Assembly (NCBI GenBank): GCA_963729605.1
Contig: CAVSNY010000007.1
Span: 352,001 to 416,000, forward strand
Direction: 5' to 3'
DNA length: 64,000 nt
Origin: an uncultured Gammaproteobacteria bacterium
GTDB lineage: Bacteria; Pseudomonadota; Gammaproteobacteria; DRLM01
Below are positions 60,186-64,000 of this stretch, in pieces. The notes under the pieces were generated by a model that saw only the letters and a program-made list of their open reading frames with translations, ran no database searches and was not told where the DNA came from. How positions within the stretch are numbered: the first letter of the stretch is position 1; each line of letters starts with the position of its first letter. The position numbers and the translations under genes were made by a program.

Positions 60186-60470
60186 ACGTCTAATACGGCA
60201 GATCATCCACCAAGCTGCTCGATCAGGTGCGGGCGAAGATTCGACTCAAGCACTACAGTATTCGCACGGAGCAGGCCTATGTGGATTAAATCAGGCGGTA
60301 CATTTTGTTTCACGGCAAGCGCCATCCTAATCTTATGGGTGGCGCCGAAGCGGTTGCCGGTGGTTTTGACGCGGGAGGAGGTGCACGCGGTGCTCTCGCG
60401 CCTCACCAGCGTTTACTGGTTGATGGGCAGCCTTCTGTCCGGAGCCGGACTGGGGTTGATGGAATACGTG
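60186..60470 (+). pseudogene. intI: integron integrase pseudogene (stub #3)
   Basis: [38 protein letters not shown]...PKRLPVVLTREEV...GAGLGLME. Confidence 0.9.
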
Positions 60471-60625
60471 TTCAAGCTATTTATCCCCTCAGCCCCCCCT
60501 CTCCCTGGGGGAGAGGGGTAAGCGATCGACGGGCGGCCCCGATCGGTAACTTCTACTTTCTCGGTGGCTGCTCCGAGGCTATCATTGCGGCCTTGGATTC
60601 CACTGTTAATCGAAGAGCAATTCCC

Positions 60626-61873
60626 ATGGACCATTTCAATTATCGTGACGGCCGGCTCTGCGCCGAAGACGTCCCCTTGACCGACATCGCCGCGCGTCAC
60701 GGCACGCCCTGTTATGTGTATTCACGCGCCACCATCGAGCGCCACTGGCGGGCCTTCGATGCGGCGCTGGCGGGGGTCGAGCATCTGGTGTGTTATGCGG
60801 TGAAGGCCAATTCCAATCTCGGCGTGTTGAATGTGCTGGCGCGGCTGGGCTCGGGTTTCGACATCGTCTCCGTCGGCGAATTGGAGCGGGTGCTGCGCGC
60901 GGGGGGCGATCCCGACAAGATCGTGTTTTCCGGCGTGGGTAAACGCGCCGATGAATTGCGCCGCGCGCTGGAGGTGGGCATTCACTGTTTTAACGTGGAG
61001 TCCGAGGCGGAGCTGGCGCGTTTGAATGACGTGGCCGGCGAAGTGGGGCGTCGCGCGCCGGTGTCGCTGCGGGTGAATCCCGACGTGGACGCCAAGACCC
61101 ATCCCTATATTTCCACCGGGCTCAAGGAAAACAAATTCGGCGTCGACATCGCGGCGGCCCCGGGCATTTACGCCCGCGCCGCGCGCATGCCGCATATCGA
61201 GATCGTCGGCGTGGATTGTCACATCGGTTCGCAGTTGACCGAGGTGACGCCGTTCGTCGCGGCCTTGGAGCGGGTGTTGAGTCTGGTGGACGCGCTGGCG
61301 GCGCAAGGGATTACGATCAAGCATCTCGACATCGGCGGCGGCTTGGGCATCACTTATCGCGACGAGGCGCCGCCCAGTCCGGAAACCTACGCGAGCGCCT
61401 TGTTGCAACGTCTGCGCGGGCGCGGATTGAAGGTGTTGATGGAGCCGGGCCGCGCCATCGTCGGCAACGCCGGCGTGCTGCTGACCAAGGTGGAATATCT
61501 CAAGCCGACCGCGCACAAGAATTTCGCCATCGTCGACGCGGCGATGAACGATTTGCTGCGTCCCGCTTTGTACGGCGCATGGCAGGACATCGTGCCGGTG
61601 GTGCCGCGCGCCGGCGAAGCCGTGCACTATGACGTGGTGGGCCCGGTGTGCGAGACCGGCGATTTTCTCGGCAAGGATCGCGCGCTGTGCATTGAGACTG
61701 GCGATCTATTGGCGATCCGGTCGGCCGGTGCTTACGGTTTCAGCATGAGTTCGCAATACAACTCGCGGCCGCGCGCCGCCGAGCTGATGGTGGACGGCGA
61801 CCGGGTCTCGGTGGTGCGGGCGCGCGAGACGCTCGATGAATTGATGGCGGGGGAGTGTGTGCTGCCTCCATGA
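60626..61873 (+). CDS. lysA: diaminopimelate decarboxylase
   Basis: YAVKAN, HIGSQ, EPGR, GPVCETGD, YNSRPR. Confidence 0.95.
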   Translation: MDHFNYRDGRLCAEDVPLTDIAARHGTPCYVYSRATIERHWRAFDAALAGVEHLVCYAVKANSNLGVLNVLARLGSGFDIVSVGELERVLRAGGDPDKIVFSGVGKRADELRRALEVGIHCFNVESEAELARLNDVAGEVGRRAPVSLRVNPDVDAKTHPYISTGLKENKFGVDIAAAPGIYARAARMPHIEIVGVDCHIGSQLTEVTPFVAALERVLSLVDALAAQGITIKHLDIGGGLGITYRDEAPPSPETYASALLQRLRGRGLKVLMEPGRAIVGNAGVLLTKVEYLKPTAHKNFAIVDAAMNDLLRPALYGAWQDIVPVVPRAGEAVHYDVVGPVCETGDFLGKDRALCIETGDLLAIRSAGAYGFSMSSQYNSRPRAAELMVDGDRVSVVRARETLDELMAGECVLPP

Positions 61874-62205
61874 GCTGACGCGCCTATCGAATGCGGCAGC
61901 GTCACCACCCCGCCCCTGCGGGGCACCCCTCCTCGAAGAGGAGGGGAGGGACGCATAGCGCTGCTGCCGCGATCTCTGCGAATACGTCGCCCGCCACCCG
62001 GCCCTCGAAGAGAAGGGGAGGGACGCATATCGCTGCTGCGGAGATGGAAGGAATTCATGTCGTGTTTTTGGAAAGGAGGGCATTTATCTCGCCGCAGAGG
62101 CAGGGAAGCATTTATTTTTCCTCTTTTTAAGGAGAGGCAGGGTAGCATCCATTCCCCTTCTTATTTAAGGCGATATTATACATTGCGTACCCAAAGAGGT
62201 AGGAT

Positions 62206-63006
62206 ATGAAGCCTACTAACCTTTGGAGCCTATGGGACATGCTTACCATTAAGGCGCATGAATTTATTGAGATTGGGAAAGAAATGCGTTCATTAGCATA
62301 TCTTCTCGGAATGATTTCCGAGGATATGCCTAGGACTGATGAGGAAAGTGATTTAATCAGAGACGGTTTAGAAAGGTTAAAGGGGCATTGTGGAATTCTA
62401 GAATTGAAGATTTCTGCCGAATTGCTCCAAAAAGCGATTCGGACTTTACCAGAGACGAAGAAGGAATTAGAAATTTATCTTGATGCGGTAAAGAGCGAAT
62501 TAAGGACGCAATTATTTTTCTTCGTGCCGTCACACAGGGCACGGTATTACGAGACAAACTTTGCAATGAGGGATGAGACGCTAAGGGCGTTCCCATTTGC
62601 ATCGAGCGAGACCGTGAGGGCTGCGACTTGCTATTCGCTTGGGGAGTATACGGCATGCGTGTTTCATTCGATGAGAGCGGCAGAATTGGGCCTGAAGGCG
62701 GTTGTCAGGGGATTGCCGAACTGGAGGAAAAAACTAAAAAAACATATAGATTTTGCTGAATGGAAAGGCTTGATTGACGCAATTGATAAGCATATTAAAG
62801 CCCTTGCTCAAAAGCCAAGGACCAAGAAACGGGAGACCGATCAACAATTCTATGGCGATGTTCACAGCCAATTCGTGAATTTTAAGGATGCCTTTAGAAA
62901 TCACATATCCCATTCCAGGGTAACTTATTCAGAGGAGCAGGCTATCAGCATATTTCATCGGTCACGCGAATTCTTGGATATCTTATCCACGCGAATTTCG
63001 GAATGA
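62206..63006 (+). CDS. hypothetical HEPN-like protein
   Basis: ACVFHSMRAAE and RNHISH (Rx4H); low GC. Confidence 0.65.
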   Translation: MKPTNLWSLWDMLTIKAHEFIEIGKEMRSLAYLLGMISEDMPRTDEESDLIRDGLERLKGHCGILELKISAELLQKAIRTLPETKKELEIYLDAVKSELRTQLFFFVPSHRARYYETNFAMRDETLRAFPFASSETVRAATCYSLGEYTACVFHSMRAAELGLKAVVRGLPNWRKKLKKHIDFAEWKGLIDAIDKHIKALAQKPRTKKRETDQQFYGDVHSQFVNFKDAFRNHISHSRVTYSEEQAISIFHRSREFLDILSTRISE

Positions 63007-63140
63007 CGTTTCACTGAAGCTTTTTTAAGAGCATCCTCAAATGGCTTATCGCTTTCATCCACGCCAAGACTTCGAGCAGTCTCAACGAACCGCTGAGACT
63101 GCTCTTTGTCGTCAGGTTTTGGCTTTGGCTTTTTTGGCAT
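62955..63140 (-). CDS. small hypothetical protein downstream of the transposase
   Basis: GGAGG RBS; MPKKPKPKPDDKEQSQRFVETARSLGVDE. Confidence 0.6.
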   Translation of the reverse strand: MPKKPKPKPDDKEQSQRFVETARSLGVDESDKPFEDALKKASVKRHSEIRVDKISKNSRDR

Positions 63141-63169
63141 GTTTCCTCCGTTTGCGCCAAGGCTCCTCG

Positions 63170-64000
63170 CTAACAAGCTGTTTGATATGTAAGCCGCTTG
63201 CCAGCCACGCCCTTGAGCAGGATTTCGGCGCGCTCACCATCCTCAATGCCCAGGGCCTTGCGGTTGCTGTAGCGGAAATCGAACTCCGCCATGTAGCGGT
63301 TCAGATGGTTGTGGCCGCAATGCTGATAGACGCCCTTCATGCCGCGCTTGAAGATCGAGAAGAACCCTTCGATGGTGTTGGTATGGAGGGTACGGTCAGC
63401 GGCGGAAACGTACTCGCCCTGCATGTGGCGCACTACGCGATGCTCGGCGAAGTCCTCGTTCAGCTTGCGGTATTGGCCGGCGTCATCGGTCACCAGACTG
63501 GCTTCCTTGGCAATGTTCTCTTGCAGGATAGGCAGCAAGGTCTTGGCTTGAAGATCGTCAACCACAAGGCTCTTGGCGCGGCCGGTGGTGCGATCCACCA
63601 GGGACAGAACCTTGTTCTTATGCTTGAAGCCACGGCCCTTCTTAATGCCCTTCGGCTTAATGGCCTTATCATGGCCGATGAAGGTCTCATCCACCTCCAC
63701 CACTCCGCCGCCCTGGCCGAACGGCGCGAACTCGCCCTCGCGCATGGCTTCGCGGATACGGTGGCCCATGAACCAAGCGGTCTTGAGGGTCACGCCAAGG
63801 GTGCGGTGAAGCTGATTGGCGCTGATGCCCTTCTTGCTGCAGGCGATAAGGAAGATAGCCTGAAGCCAGAGGCGCAGCGCAACGTGGCTGGCTTCGAAGA
63901 TGGTCCCAACCTTCACGGTGAAGGGCTTGCGGCAGTCGTAGCATTTGTAGGCGCCTATGCGGGTGGTTTTGCCGCCCATCTTGCCTATACGCTCCACGCC
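63170..64000 (-). CDS. IS1595-family transposase (5' end outside window)
   Basis: YKCYDC Zn finger, HTH, EVDETF, VTDD, HTNTIEGFFS, EFDFRY. Confidence 0.93.
   Translation of the reverse strand, partial: GVERIGKMGGKTTRIGAYKCYDCRKPFTVKVGTIFEASHVALRLWLQAIFLIACSKKGISANQLHRTLGVTLKTAWFMGHRIREAMREGEFAPFGQGGGVVEVDETFIGHDKAIKPKGIKKGRGFKHKNKVLSLVDRTTGRAKSLVVDDLQAKTLLPILQENIAKEASLVTDDAGQYRKLNEDFAEHRVVRHMQGEYVSAADRTLHTNTIEGFFSIFKRGMKGVYQHCGHNHLNRYMAEFDFRYSNRKALGIEDGERAEILLKGVAGKRLTYQTAC

Larger units (their letters stand above)
62169..64000 (-). mobile_element. IS1595-family element with passenger genes (partial)
   Basis: Transposase plus two ORFs; GC drop; candidate end GGCGATATTATACATTGCGTACCC at 62169 (other end outside window). 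Confidence 0.6.

Noticed and set aside
60305-60625. 107-aa N-terminal extension of LysA
   Set aside because: Chance open frame through intI debris and a hairpin; LysA similarity starts at ATG 60626.

Overview
GC-rich bacterial chromosomal window, most likely a gammaproteobacterium. The backbone is housekeeping: uppP, wrbA, rluF, PPi-type pfk, adk with a histone-like tail, hemB, an RND pump, plsY/folB/folK/pteridine reductase, split class II RNR nrdJa/nrdJb, a DegQ-type protease, ubiD, dsbA/dsbB, xth, prlC, lemA, gor and lysA. The left edge carries a partial HlyD + GT2 glucan synthase pair and the right edge an IS1595-family element. The main structure the ORF track does not explain is a shattered integron system at about 30.3-32.7 kb and 48.7-60.5 kb. 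It comprises three 5' stubs of an integron integrase, each next to a related attI-like site, about ten gene cassettes with intact, collapsed or half attC sites (several look like defence genes), and many GTAG-type REP/REPIN palindromes. These palindromes sit at the points where integrase stubs and attC sites break off, and in one case two direct REPIN copies bracket a complete stub-attI-cassette-cassette module. All calls come from reading motifs by eye. No database search was run, so family names are recollection to be confirmed by HMM.
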